Assembly (NCBI GenBank): GCA_004022145.1
Contig: RCNU01000007.1
Origin: Paecilomyces variotii
Lineage: Eukaryota
Length of the DNA stretch: 64,000 nucleotides
Strand: one strand, 5' to 3'
Part shown: positions 24,607-38,165 of the stretch, piece by piece
Layout: each line of letters begins with the position of its first letter
Position numbering within the stretch: position 1 is the stretch's first letter
Notes under the pieces: generated by a model
What the model saw: only the letters and a program-made list of their open reading frames with translations
Databases searched by the model: none
What the model was told of the DNA's origin: nothing
Made by a program: the position numbers and the translations under genes

Positions 24607-26485
24607 CGTGATGGGAGGAATATGATTCAACACGTACTCTAGAACTAATTTCCTTGCTGGCTTGAAATTGTTCAGGACCTTTGCTGTGTCTAACAAACAT
24701 AGACATACTTATACTTTACCGAGAAGCTTCTGGAGGAACATCTTATTCAGAGGAACAGGCATCATACTTCGTACAAAATATTACAGTGATCATGTAATCA
24801 TCAATCTATCGGAAACAGCCACAGAACGCACGTATAGAACTGTAACTCTGATGTCCCAGAAACCTCGAGGAATTCTCATGTGGGTCTTACAGTGAGCTAT
24901 TATCCTTCCTCTGCAGAGTCTTGTAGCCCAGACCTCCGAGTCATAGGACTGACAACCTGCTTTTCCATCTCTCGCGCACTGCAAGGGCCTAAACTCAAGG
25001 TACTCAATTGTTCACTTAACCATACATGTCTAACCACATGGCCCCTTCGGTGGAGTATGATCTTCCGTAGTCAGTGAATCTATTGGGATATAATGTCGAT
25101 CTGGCTTACATATATTACACCGTATAATTGCGTCAATGACGGATGATGTTATGAAAGCTTCATCAGCCGTGTTTTGAATTTGAATTTCATAGAGGGTTCG
25201 AGCTATATCTCTCCAGCTAATCAGCTAATCGGTCGTCTTGATCCTCAGAACCTGTTGTGGATGTGGCAGAGCTGAGGAATCACTGCTTGCCCGGCCTGGC
25301 TGGCTGAGACGTGCAGCTACATCGCACTACTACAGAGAATAATTAGTTGGCGCTGCCAATTTCATTGGTCGTCCTCCGTCTTCTGTTACGTACGAGCTAC
25401 CTTACTTTATAACTGGGCTGAATATTCTTGACTCTGGCTATCAACTTCTACACATTCCATCTATAATTGTAAAGCGGACGGGTCTATCTAAGTAGTATAC
25501 AATAGCTTACACAGGCCTATTATGCAATCATTCACCCCTCGCCGCGTCCCACATCGCTTTACGGTGAGTGCAAGGTATTACTGTACACTGCTGGCAGGGC
25601 TTTTACCACGGATGGCAAGCAGTACGAGCTTAGGATCAACATTCTCCGCTTGACATCATCCAGTAACTCTTTTGGCAGCAGGATTGCGATTTCCTCGTGT
25701 CACTGTGCCTCCGATAATGTGCGCTGCTGTCCCCTCAGCACAGTCATTCGGGCGAATTCTGCGGCCATGCCAGGTCACCGCATCAGTGTCTCGAGAGACG
25801 CTTTTCAAACTCTTCGACGATTATACCATGAAGCCTGTCGATTGCGAGAGGAGTGCAGCTATCAGATCACTGTGTTAATCTCCGTTGAAGTCGATTAGGC
25901 CCGCCCATCGTCTCGAGACATCATCCAGCAGCTTGTCCACTCACAACTTCGACTTCTTTTCTGGTTCTATTGAAACCTTCTGATAGGAGGGCGCTTGGTG
26001 TTCTCTGATGATAGCCATTGTGTAAGCCACGTTGCTTTTGGACTATCCGAGGATACTGCGCTTACTTGAGGATAGCTGTATCACAACAATCCATCATGTC
26101 AGAAAGAAATAGCCATGCTTCACCTTGAGGCCTGGAGCCAGTAGAGGTAGCTGCGCTTAGAACACATCCTTCATGGGTATAAGGAACGTTACTACCAGAA
26201 TCTTGTTTTGTGCTGGTACTTGTAATAGACTGCATTATATTTGGGGGTCCAGTTGAAATTTTCAGTTATATGGTTAATTGACGTGTCTTCAACTATGAGT
26301 CTGCAGCTTCACACTGAAAGGCGATGTGTGAAGTATTTGCCCATATATAGACATCGGTGCCGCATGTACATGTGTGAGTTTGGTGCAATATTGATGCTCT
26401 TGGTCATGAAGCGTCGTCAATGATTATACCTAGGTACATGATTTCACCATTTATCCCCGTCATTGCAATAGTGCGAAGCAGCCGT

Positions 26486-26989
26486 CTACAGGGACTGCGC
26501 CGCAAACTTGAATGCGTTCTTAACGACCTTTATCATTTCCTCGGTCATGAAAAGTGAATCTATTTGTCCTTCTTGAGCCCACAACCATTCCGTGTGCTCG
26601 TCGGGATTCAGCTTGACAGTAACCCCCGGTTCAACTGTTACCACGTAGTTGAGTTGGATGTTGGATTTCGTTTTGGACTCCCACGTCATCGGCTCGAGTT
26701 CGCCAATGATCTCTGATACGACCTGGGAGGTCTCCTCCAGGACTTCACGCGTGACGGAGTGGGCAACAGTTTCGTCCGTGGTTTCGACGTGTCCGCCAGG
26801 AAGTTCCCAGGCGTTAGGGAAGGCTGTCTCGTGGGGAGCTCGCTTCAACAGAAGGAGAGTAGGGTCCTCCGATTTCGAATTCTGGAAGATCGCAGCGCCA
26901 ATCACCCAACGCTTGGCTGGGTTGAGGTCTTGTGGACGAGAGTGGAGGCGTTGCTCGTCCAAAAACTTGAGGGACCGTTGAACAGCCAT
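26486..26989 (-). CDS. Nudix hydrolase (167 aa, intronless)
   Basis: LLLLKRA...WELPGGHVETTDETVAHSVTREVLEETS is a Nudix box with a one-residue insertion; C-terminal VKLNPDEHTEWLW. Confidence 0.9.
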   Translation of the reverse strand: MAVQRSLKFLDEQRLHSRPQDLNPAKRWVIGAAIFQNSKSEDPTLLLLKRAPHETAFPNAWELPGGHVETTDETVAHSVTREVLEETSQVVSEIIGELEPMTWESKTKSNIQLNYVVTVEPGVTVKLNPDEHTEWLWAQEGQIDSLFMTEEMIKVVKNAFKFAAQSL

Positions 26990-27941
26990 GGCGTCGTCAA
27001 AGGTTCAGTAACGAGGTGCAATGGGCTTGGACGAGGCATTTATCCTAGAGCATGTTCCATATTCTTAAATATTGCATCAATGGGCGGTGGGGAAGCTGTG
27101 CCCCTGTTTAAATAGGTACAGTACAATATGCGCCCTATGGAAGCTATTACTTTTCAAAAAGGGAAACAAGAAAAATACTAATGCTTGTGTCCAAAGCGAC
27201 TTGTGGGCTGAAAATCTTCAGATGGAACAGGGTAAGAATGGTGAGACCAGACTACTTTCCAAACTCACGAGTACACCTGCAAGGAGGTCAGCTGTGATCG
27301 TCAAATGTGTTCATTCCATTGACAGCTCACCTCGCACAACAGGTGATTGTGGAATATTCCGTTATTCCGTGCATCAAAAGCCCACATGATATCAGGTTTT
27401 GCTGTAGAGTACAGTACATTTAGCGTACAATACACTCATACATATACGTATGTGTGTACGTACATACATACATATATCATGACTCGTTCAGCTCACCCAT
27501 CTGCTTTCTATGCAAGATCGACATGATCGACCGAGATCTCCGCGGTAATTTGCTCAGTACTTCGTACCTAGAGCAGTTGCGCCCTTGCGTGGTGGCAGAG
27601 ATCCGTCTGCATTTGTCAAGCATCAGAATCAATATTTTTGAAGTCCCCCAGCTCACGTTCTCTGTTGTCTGGATATGGTCAATCACAGTCTTGTATGAGA
27701 TCATCGAGCAATCTCTGAACTCGATTCCGCTAGGTTTCACCCTTGGCGATACTCCACTACGTGGACAATGGTTAGGAGATTGGAACTACGCACGGCAACC
27801 TCTATGTACTCCGTAAGTAGCGGTCGCTGGATATTTTAGGTAGTGTTAGTTGCATGACCAACATCCAACTTTCTGCGTCTTTCACGGGCTTGTCCTTTCC
27901 TTAGCCCCACGGTTCGCAGCTCTTTTCCTCTTCACCCCACG

Positions 27942-29576
27942 ATGACTCCCTCCGAGACGTCGCCTCTTCTCGCCGAGCAATCACCCCAGACACGGCAGAA
28001 GCACCACCGCCACCACCACGATGTGCCCCCAGATTTCTCGCCGTCCTCCGGGGAGAGTCTCTGCCTGCCGCCTGGAGACGAGGCGGTCGCTTCCGAGGAA
28101 TGCAAATTGCTTCTAACCCGGTCTGCTCCCCTGATTGTCACGTTTCTGCTCGAGTACTCGTTCACGGCGGCGAGCATTTTTGCCGTTGGCCATATTGGAA
28201 AGATCGAATTAGCAGCCACCGCAGTCGCGGGCCTCACGGCAAACATTACTGGCTATGCAATCTACCAAGGCCTCGCGACAAGCCTCGACACGCTGTGTCC
28301 GTCCGCGTACGGCGCAGGCCGGAAGGATCTCGTCGGCCTTTATTGCCAGCGCATGACCTGTTTCCTGTGGTTCATGACGATCCCGATCGCGGCCATATGG
28401 CTCTGCGCAGATCGCCTTTTGAAGCTCTTTATCCAGCCCGAGATCGCCAGGATGGCTGGGTTGTACCTCCGCGTCCTGGTATTGGGCGCGCCGGGCTATG
28501 CGGCATTTGAGTGTGGGAAGAGATTCATGCTGGCGCAAGGTCTCTTCTCGGCAACCGTATGGGTTCTGATTTTGTGCGCACCACTCAATGCAGTTCTCAA
28601 TTATCTCTTCGTCTGGGTATGTCCCCGACCCCTCAAACTTGCTGCTCAGGGTTCCCTCCAAGGTCACTGACTTGAGCCTGAAGACATTCAACTGGGGCTT
28701 TCTCGGAGCCCCAATGGCCGTCGTCATTGCCCAGACTCTGATGCCCGTCATCCTTGCCGTCTACATCACCTGCATCGCAGGATCCGAATGCTGGAATGGC
28801 TTCACGCGGTCTGTTTTCCACGGGTGGTGGCCAATGGTTCGACTTGCTCTTCCAGGGATGGTGATGGTGGAAGCCGAACTGCTCGCATGGGAGCTTCTCA
28901 CGTTGGCATCCAGCTTCATTTCCGTGGAGCATCTTGCCGCACAGTCAACGATCGCAACACTAGGTGCGATCGCTTTCAACTTTCACTTTCCGATCTCTAT
29001 TGCCGCGGCGACTAGGATATCAACGTTGATCGGCGCAGGCCACGCAGATGCAGCCAAAAGGGCAGCGAAGGTATCGATCTTGACTGCTTTTGTCTTCGGA
29101 ATCCTTGTGGCCATTCTCTTAGGAACGCTACGGAACCAGCTTCCTGCGCTTTTCACCGAAAACCCGGATGTCATCCATTTCGTCAGTGCTGTTTTACCGA
29201 TGGTCGGAGTTTCGCAGGTCTTTGACTCGCTGGCAACGTCCTGTAACGGCCTTCTCAGAGGACTGGGAAAGCAGAACGTTGGAAGTGTCACCGCCCTGTT
29301 CTGCTATTACGGGGTAAGTTGATCTTGCGTTATCTCCATGATCCCACTTTGCCCGAATCGGGAGGACATCTGCTAAGTAATCGCTCCGTTCAGGTTGGGA
29401 TTCCGATCTCATTTGCCTTGGCATTTTGGTTTCACTGGGATCTTCTGGGTTTGGCAGTTGGAACGACATTAGCTTTATTGCTAGTCGCCCTCATCGAAGG
29501 GGCCTTTATGGCGACGACTCACTGGGAGCGTATTGTAGAGGAGGCAAGCATGCGCAATGAGCCGACGGTTTCTTAG
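27942..29576 (+). CDS. MATE family efflux transporter, 3 exons
   Basis: Introns 28617-28683 and 29314-29393. Motifs GHIGKIELAA, GLATSLDTLCPSAYGAG, LALPGMVMVEAE, ATRISTLIGAG and GLLRGLGKQ; about 12 hydrophobic segments. Confidence 0.92.
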
Positions 29577-29675
29577 GTAAGGGAAGATTATCGTCAGCCA
29601 TGTACAGTAGTCGGCGAAGATATACTAATACGATGGGTGCGTCCACTTCTAGCATTCAAACTGTACTATAAACTA

Positions 29676-29993
29676 TAGGGGTAGTATTTTGAATTTAAAA
29701 TTCTTATGGACTTCATGATTCTTCGGGTTTAAATTTCGCAAAGAGAAAGTTTTTGAAATTTCGAAGTCTACTAATGAATTACGTTTAACTCACCCGATAA
29801 CCATCTTACCCTAAAAGCTAATAAGCAAAAAGCTACAATTCCTATTGGCTAATTTCCTTGCTCGGTTTCCTTGGTTTATATTTAGCCCGCCCCATATATA
29901 AGTAGTCTATGCGTTTTGAATTTCGAAAGGCAAAGGTAAAGGTGTCGGCATCTCATGAAATTTAAATCCAATCTCCGAATTGCACCACCACTA
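29676..29993. mobile_element. Possible degenerate MITE (~320 bp) with imperfect terminal inverted repeats
   Basis: Left end TAGGGGTAGTATTTTGAA versus reverse complement of right end TAGTGGTGGTGCAATTCGGA; mismatches are mostly transitions. AT-rich non-coding interior with recurring TTTGAA(A)TTT motifs. Confidence 0.25.
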
Positions 29994-30662
29994 GTTAGTC
30001 ACGACTTCGTTGTTATAGCTAGGTAGGAAACTACTTGACTAAGTTAATTATCCATAGTGAAGATCGGCTCCCAGATTATACTCCCCCGATTTCGCACAGG
30101 CAGTTCGCTTAAGAGGCCGCAAATATCCCCTCACTTCCCGGTTTTACATGTCTCGATATCCACCTCATTTACCAAAGAAAATATTTACAGACTATCTTAT
30201 TCCTAAAAAACCATCACTACATTGCCGCTTTACTATTCTTTATAGCAGAGACCTTTGTAGAGCAAGAAGGCGAACTCCCCAAAATCAACTTGCATAGCTA
30301 TCCTGATGGGGCATACACAGATATATATTGTGATGCAGCATCCGGCAGAAAGGGCCTGGCATAAGTACTCTACCAGTGACTTCCTCTCAAAGTTCAGTTA
30401 GACTGGACTAAAATGAGAGCAGTCTTGTCGCGGACTGGGGTTTATGCGTCATCTAATTCTTGTGTGATAACTACATGAAAGATATCAAGAATACTTACAA
30501 GTTAAACAACGCGTAGATCTGCGTCAGTGCGGCATCACATGCCTTTCGGTTTCGGTTGAATGATCTTCCGGACGATTTTAATGTTCCCCTGAAAAGGTAC
30601 TACAGACGCTCATCTGAAGACTAGATATTGTTTGGAAGTACCGCGTCTGGAACATCGCCAAT

Positions 30663-32509
30663 ATGTCCTTTAGCCTGTCAGTCAATTTGGACGACGCCTC
30701 AATTAGACCTCTGAGATCGAGACTCGGATGCAAAACCTGCAAGCAAGTTTCTCTTCTCTTCTTGCAAAAGGAGTGAAATATTAATCATGCCCTAGAATCC
30801 GAAGAGTCAAGTGTGGAGAAGAAAAGCCTAATTGCCTCCGATGCACCAGCACAGGTCGCAAGTGCGAGTACGAAAATCCAATTGCCCGCACGTATTGGTC
30901 TTCGGCTTCCACCTTTTCCATCCTTGACACCCCTCTGTCATTATTATCCAATGCAGTACTGCGAGAGCGTCGCGCTTTTGCCTACTATTTCCAAAACACA
31001 GCAACGTTTGTCGGCGGTGGACTGGATGTGGATTTCTGGCTCACCATCGTCCCGCAGGTCTGCCGGAGTGAACCCGCCGTGTGGGATGCCCTGATCTCCA
31101 TAAGTTCACTGTTCGAGAGTCCCGATCCCTGTCCGGATCTCGTCTCTGTACGCCGGGGACATGCTCGCACTCTAAATCAAAACCAACAAGACGCGTTAGT
31201 CTGGTATTCGCGTTCGGTATCTGCTGTTCGCCGGGGAATCGAGCGCGGTAGTGTGGACTCTTTTGTCGGATTAATCACCTGCATCTTATTTATCTGCATT
31301 GAGGCCCTTTGGGGTGGTATGGAAGAGGCTTTGCACCTCTATAGTCAAGGAGTACATCTCATACTCGCTTTACAGACCCAGAGTGCATATGCGGCTATGA
31401 CAGAAACCAAAACGTCCTTATTAAAGGATACAATTGTCCCGATTTTTATCCGAATTGGAGCCGTCACTCTCAATACCGGCGTTTCAATGAGCCCGCTATT
31501 GCAGGAAACCGAACATGAATCCGCGCCGGAGTTTACCTCCCTCAAGTCCGCACGGGAAGCCATTGTTATCCTAGCCATAGAGATCCCACTTTTCGAACTA
31601 GATTGCGAAGAATACCTAATACAGTCGCATGCCTGCCACATATCCGAAGAACTGATGAGTCGGCAGAAAGTCTTGTCAAGCAGGTTACAGAGCTGGTACA
31701 CTGCTTTCACTAACATTATGGAATCTCTTCGCACGAAGGATGGCTTATCAGCGCTGCAAGCTAGCACTGGTGCCCTTCTCCTCACTTACTATGAAATGTT
31801 ATCCGTTATCATCGGGGTCTGCGTATCGCCATTGCGCATCACCACTGACGCTTATACATCGAATTTTCAAAATATAGCCGAACAATCCCGCATCGCTTTG
31901 ACAGGTTCAGCGCGACGTGATGGTACACAACCACCGTTCACGTTCGAACTCAGTGTTGGCCTGCCACTTTGGTTTACGTGTATCAGGTGTCGTGAACCCA
32001 CAATTCGACGCACAGCACTAGCTTTGCTACGTCGAGCGCATCATATCGAAGGGCTTTATAAGCGCGACTACGCAGCCACCATGAGCGAAAGAATTATCAT
32101 GGTGGAAGAAATGTACGGAATAACGTCAAGTGCAGCCCAAAGCGTGGCCAACATTACTACACGAAAACCAAACGATGCATGCATTGAACACAAACCCCGT
32201 TGTCAAGGCAGTCGGGGCCCACACAGTCCCTTTGACATGGACTTCGAACTCGGCGCAAGTCCATACCTTCCACTTACCGATACTGAACCCAGCACTTCGG
32301 AAGCAGTGCTTATCCCAGCAGAGGCACGCATTAGACCTCTCGGCATTTTTCGGCCACGGGATGGTTATCCTCCTGAGATGACTGAGGATGATATCGCAAG
32401 GTTGAGCCTAAGCCGCGATCAGACGTTTCTACATTTCTCGCGGAACGAGCACGATCAGTATCACAATACGTGGCACACGATCCATGGATACGTTCCTATT
32501 GAGTTCTAA
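30663..32509 (+). CDS. Zn(II)2Cys6 transcription factor
   Basis: ATG 30663 ...RSRLGCKTCK / GC-AG intron 30743-30795 / IRRVKCGEEKPNCLRCTSTGRKCEY, then in frame through ERRAFAYYF...FWLTIVPQVCRSEPAVWDAL...CREPTIRRTALALL to the stop at 32509. Confidence 0.9.
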
Positions 32510-34030
32510 CTATGTTCGAAGTTGCTTTGATTTGAACTGAATGGGGTAGAAGGAGTAAGAGAGGGTACGATTTCAAGGATAGCATTGTCCGTCTGCTCGG
32601 CCTCAAAAAGACGATGATCGAGGTTCGCAGACAAGGTTGAGCTGGCAGAGATCGAGAATTATCAGCGTGGTATCTTGAAACGCATGAGAGAACAAGAGTA
32701 GAAGTCGTCGTTCCTTGCGATCAAAACAATCCCATACTGGTCAGCTGTACCTCCTGGGGGAAGAGGAACCCCCTTTCCTACCCCCGATGGACAGTTTCGA
32801 CCGATAGTCCCAGAAAGTAACATTTGCATCACGTCAGGCTATTTGGAGATTCATCAGCACCGGTGACTTTCTCCGGGCCCGGACGGGTAAACTGCGTCGA
32901 CCCTCCCGCGCAGAATATCGGAGCTTACCCAGAAGAAGCTTGCAAAACAAAGCTCGACTGAAGGTGCACATCAAGATTTAGGGCCGTACTCTACAGCCTT
33001 CCTCAGAAGACCACAGGGATGTGTTGTATCTTCCGTTAGAGACAATCAGGATGCAGGCTAATATCTTTGATAGCGGTAGTGGGTCTGTCACCCTTCACAC
33101 AACTCGCTACCTACATCTAACGAGTAGGCGCAGCAATTGCCATAGCCGGCATCTTCCAATTGTTCTGGTTGGACATAGTCATATACAGAGCACTGCCTTC
33201 ATCCTTTTGAGACTCTTTGTGTTTGTCTGCCCCTTAGGCCGGGGCAGGTTAAGAACCATATCCTAAACCACTGAATTGCATCGAAAGACTCTAGGCAGTG
33301 TGAGATACTATTATCTTGATCCTACTGTTTCTCTATTATAGCGGCATGTGCGCCTGTGGGTAATCCCCAAGTATCGGCAAGTGCGACTTGTAGTGTAGAT
33401 GAGGAACTTGTTTACTAAATTGACTACGGAGTATACAGAAAATAGTGTGATGCCTTGAACCCTGTATTATAGGATTTAAACCGGGTAATCTCGGTAGGGC
33501 TTGTTTCGCGTTATGTGCTGTTTAGGGAAAGTAGATTTCTCACTGGCAGCTGCCTAGCTACCGCAGGCTCCTCTTCTCCCGTTTATGCCGTGAGCCTTGC
33601 ACTCGCCGTAAATGATTAGCAGGTGATCTCTATCATCTTCCTCCTTCATCTTCCGCTTTACATCAGTCTATACTCAACGGCCCAGACGAAAGTTTAGAGC
33701 TTCGAGCTCGATTCCTACGAGAACCAAGCATTCCATTAATCTTCATCCCGAGCTTCCGAGATAAATCAAGTTTTTCTGTCCGCCACGGAATAAAGCTATT
33801 GAAACACCGTGCTAAAATCGTGATTAGATCAATTTCCCCAGGATATCTGTTGTCGAGGGATTGAACATCGACAGCCTTCTCATAATCACAGTTAAATCCC
33901 CCCTTTTCCGAAGTATCTACTGTCGGATACCAAACCTCGAAAACCGTTTTTCTACTGTCGGAATCGTTATAACCACCACTATATCCCCTTCCCAAAGGTA
34001 CACCGCTGAAACCTGTCTTCTCCGCCCAGG

Positions 34031-35284
34031 ATGCCTGCCTTCGTAGATATGCCCCGCCTTCATGTCCCTAAAAAAAGGAAAATGGAAGAAATACCCGCGT
34101 TAGAGAAGGAGAAGGAGAAGTTAGATAAGGACGCCAAGTTAGCGAGGAAGAAGCTAAAGGCCAAAGGGTCTTTTGATGGAGACTCTTGGACTTCTGCTGC
34201 AGATGTCGAGGAAATGTATCTTCGAAAGACTCGGGTGGCTTCTGAAATATCACTGTCGAAGTTCAAAGGACCAGATTCGGCATGGGCAAAGAGTGAAGAA
34301 GCGCGCAGCTTATTTGAGCAAATTCGCGCTCAGGAATATCGTGTTCGATCATTCAGCGCTCATAGCAAAGCTCTCTCTCTCGATGACCCGAAGAGAACCT
34401 TGCGCGGGTCATTTATGAAGTTCTTTACCACGAGTACTCTAGGCCTCGGCATCCAAGAAGGTTCCGGGGCAGGAAAGAGAGACTCGACCATCCAGAGCAG
34501 TTTTCGGTCAAGACTTCTGGAAAAGTACGAATCCCTGGACGAGACTGGAGAGTATGCCTGGTGCTCCATACTTCACAAATTTATCGCAAAGGAAAATACC
34601 ACAGCAGCCCATCTATTCTCATACAAACATGGCCAAGTGTCTATGGACGCAATCTTTGGGAAACAATCCTCCCCTGAACTCTTTTCAGAGAAGAACGGCT
34701 TGATAATCAGCACTGTCATCGAGAAAGTGTTGGATACAGGAGTCTTGGTTATTGTTCCAGATTTGCCAGACAAGCCAACGCAGCAAGTGTTGACGCGCTG
34801 GCTGAATCAGGACATCCGCGATTTCAAGATCCGAATCATTGACAGAGAATGGTCCAAACTAGACCACGGCATTGAGGAGAAGGACAGCGGAATAAAATGG
34901 AGAGATCTAGACAATAGGAAGCTGAAATTTATTGGGAAATTCCGCCCAGCGGCAAGATACTTATACTTCCACTACTGTCTACAGGTCCTACGTCGGGCTT
35001 GGCGTGCAGGACCTGGCCAACATGCTGCATTCACGCTGAAGGACGAGCTGGGAAAGCCCATTTGGGCAACATCTGGGAGATATATCCCAAAAAACATGCT
35101 CCTTGCTTTTGTGGAAGAATTAGGCCACGAACACAGCGACCTGCTTATTGCAGCGTCAAGGCGCCGGGGTCGCCCGAATATCCTTCTAGATGCTGCTGCC
35201 GCACATATTGCCGATAAAAGTGAGAGTGAGAGCGAGAGTGAAAGTGAGGAGGACAATGGGAATGAGAGCGAAAATTATGACTAA
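34031..35284 (+). CDS. HNH-endonuclease-domain protein (fungal HNH_2-like), intronless
   Basis: QSSFRSRLL...AWCSIL...AAHLF...ELFSEKNGLII...IEKVLDTG...IVP...RPAARYLYFHY pattern of fungal HNH-domain proteins; coiled-coil N-terminus and acidic (SE)n tail. Confidence 0.78.
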   Translation: MPAFVDMPRLHVPKKRKMEEIPALEKEKEKLDKDAKLARKKLKAKGSFDGDSWTSAADVEEMYLRKTRVASEISLSKFKGPDSAWAKSEEARSLFEQIRAQEYRVRSFSAHSKALSLDDPKRTLRGSFMKFFTTSTLGLGIQEGSGAGKRDSTIQSSFRSRLLEKYESLDETGEYAWCSILHKFIAKENTTAAHLFSYKHGQVSMDAIFGKQSSPELFSEKNGLIISTVIEKVLDTGVLVIVPDLPDKPTQQVLTRWLNQDIRDFKIRIIDREWSKLDHGIEEKDSGIKWRDLDNRKLKFIGKFRPAARYLYFHYCLQVLRRAWRAGPGQHAAFTLKDELGKPIWATSGRYIPKNMLLAFVEELGHEHSDLLIAASRRRGRPNILLDAAAAHIADKSESESESESEEDNGNESENYD

Positions 35285-35588
35285 AATGCCACAGAGTGTT
35301 AATTAGATTACTTTGTATTACCTACGCCAATAAGCATACACCGATCATTTATCAGAGCTATGAAGCTTCATCACCGATGCTCATAATTTGTATCTCTCTC
35401 CCCCCCTTAATCCTATTTTTGCTTTCTCGCGTTTTGTCTTGGTGACTCCCGGAGGATGATGGAATGCTTAGCTACTAGTCCGAGACTTTATACTAATTTC
35501 GTGCCCTTCCCGTCATCTGCATGACGATGTATTGCTGTTTGAAGTTACAACAAGTTGACAGTCCCCACATGTGGTCGTCATTTGTGCT

Positions 35589-38165
<2,577 letters not shown>

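Noticed and set aside
24607-24770. Longer N-terminus for the fusion protein (ORF from 24696, or an extra upstream exon)
   Set aside because: The ORF-track start is a non-ATG codon, and the alternative needs a ~36-nt intron, short for fungi. ATG at 24606 is preferred but not proven.
25560-26200. A missing cluster gene (Pur3-like phosphatase or Pur6-like ligase) between the fusion and the Nudix gene
   Set aside because: Only short stop-interrupted fragments are present and no family motifs were recognised.
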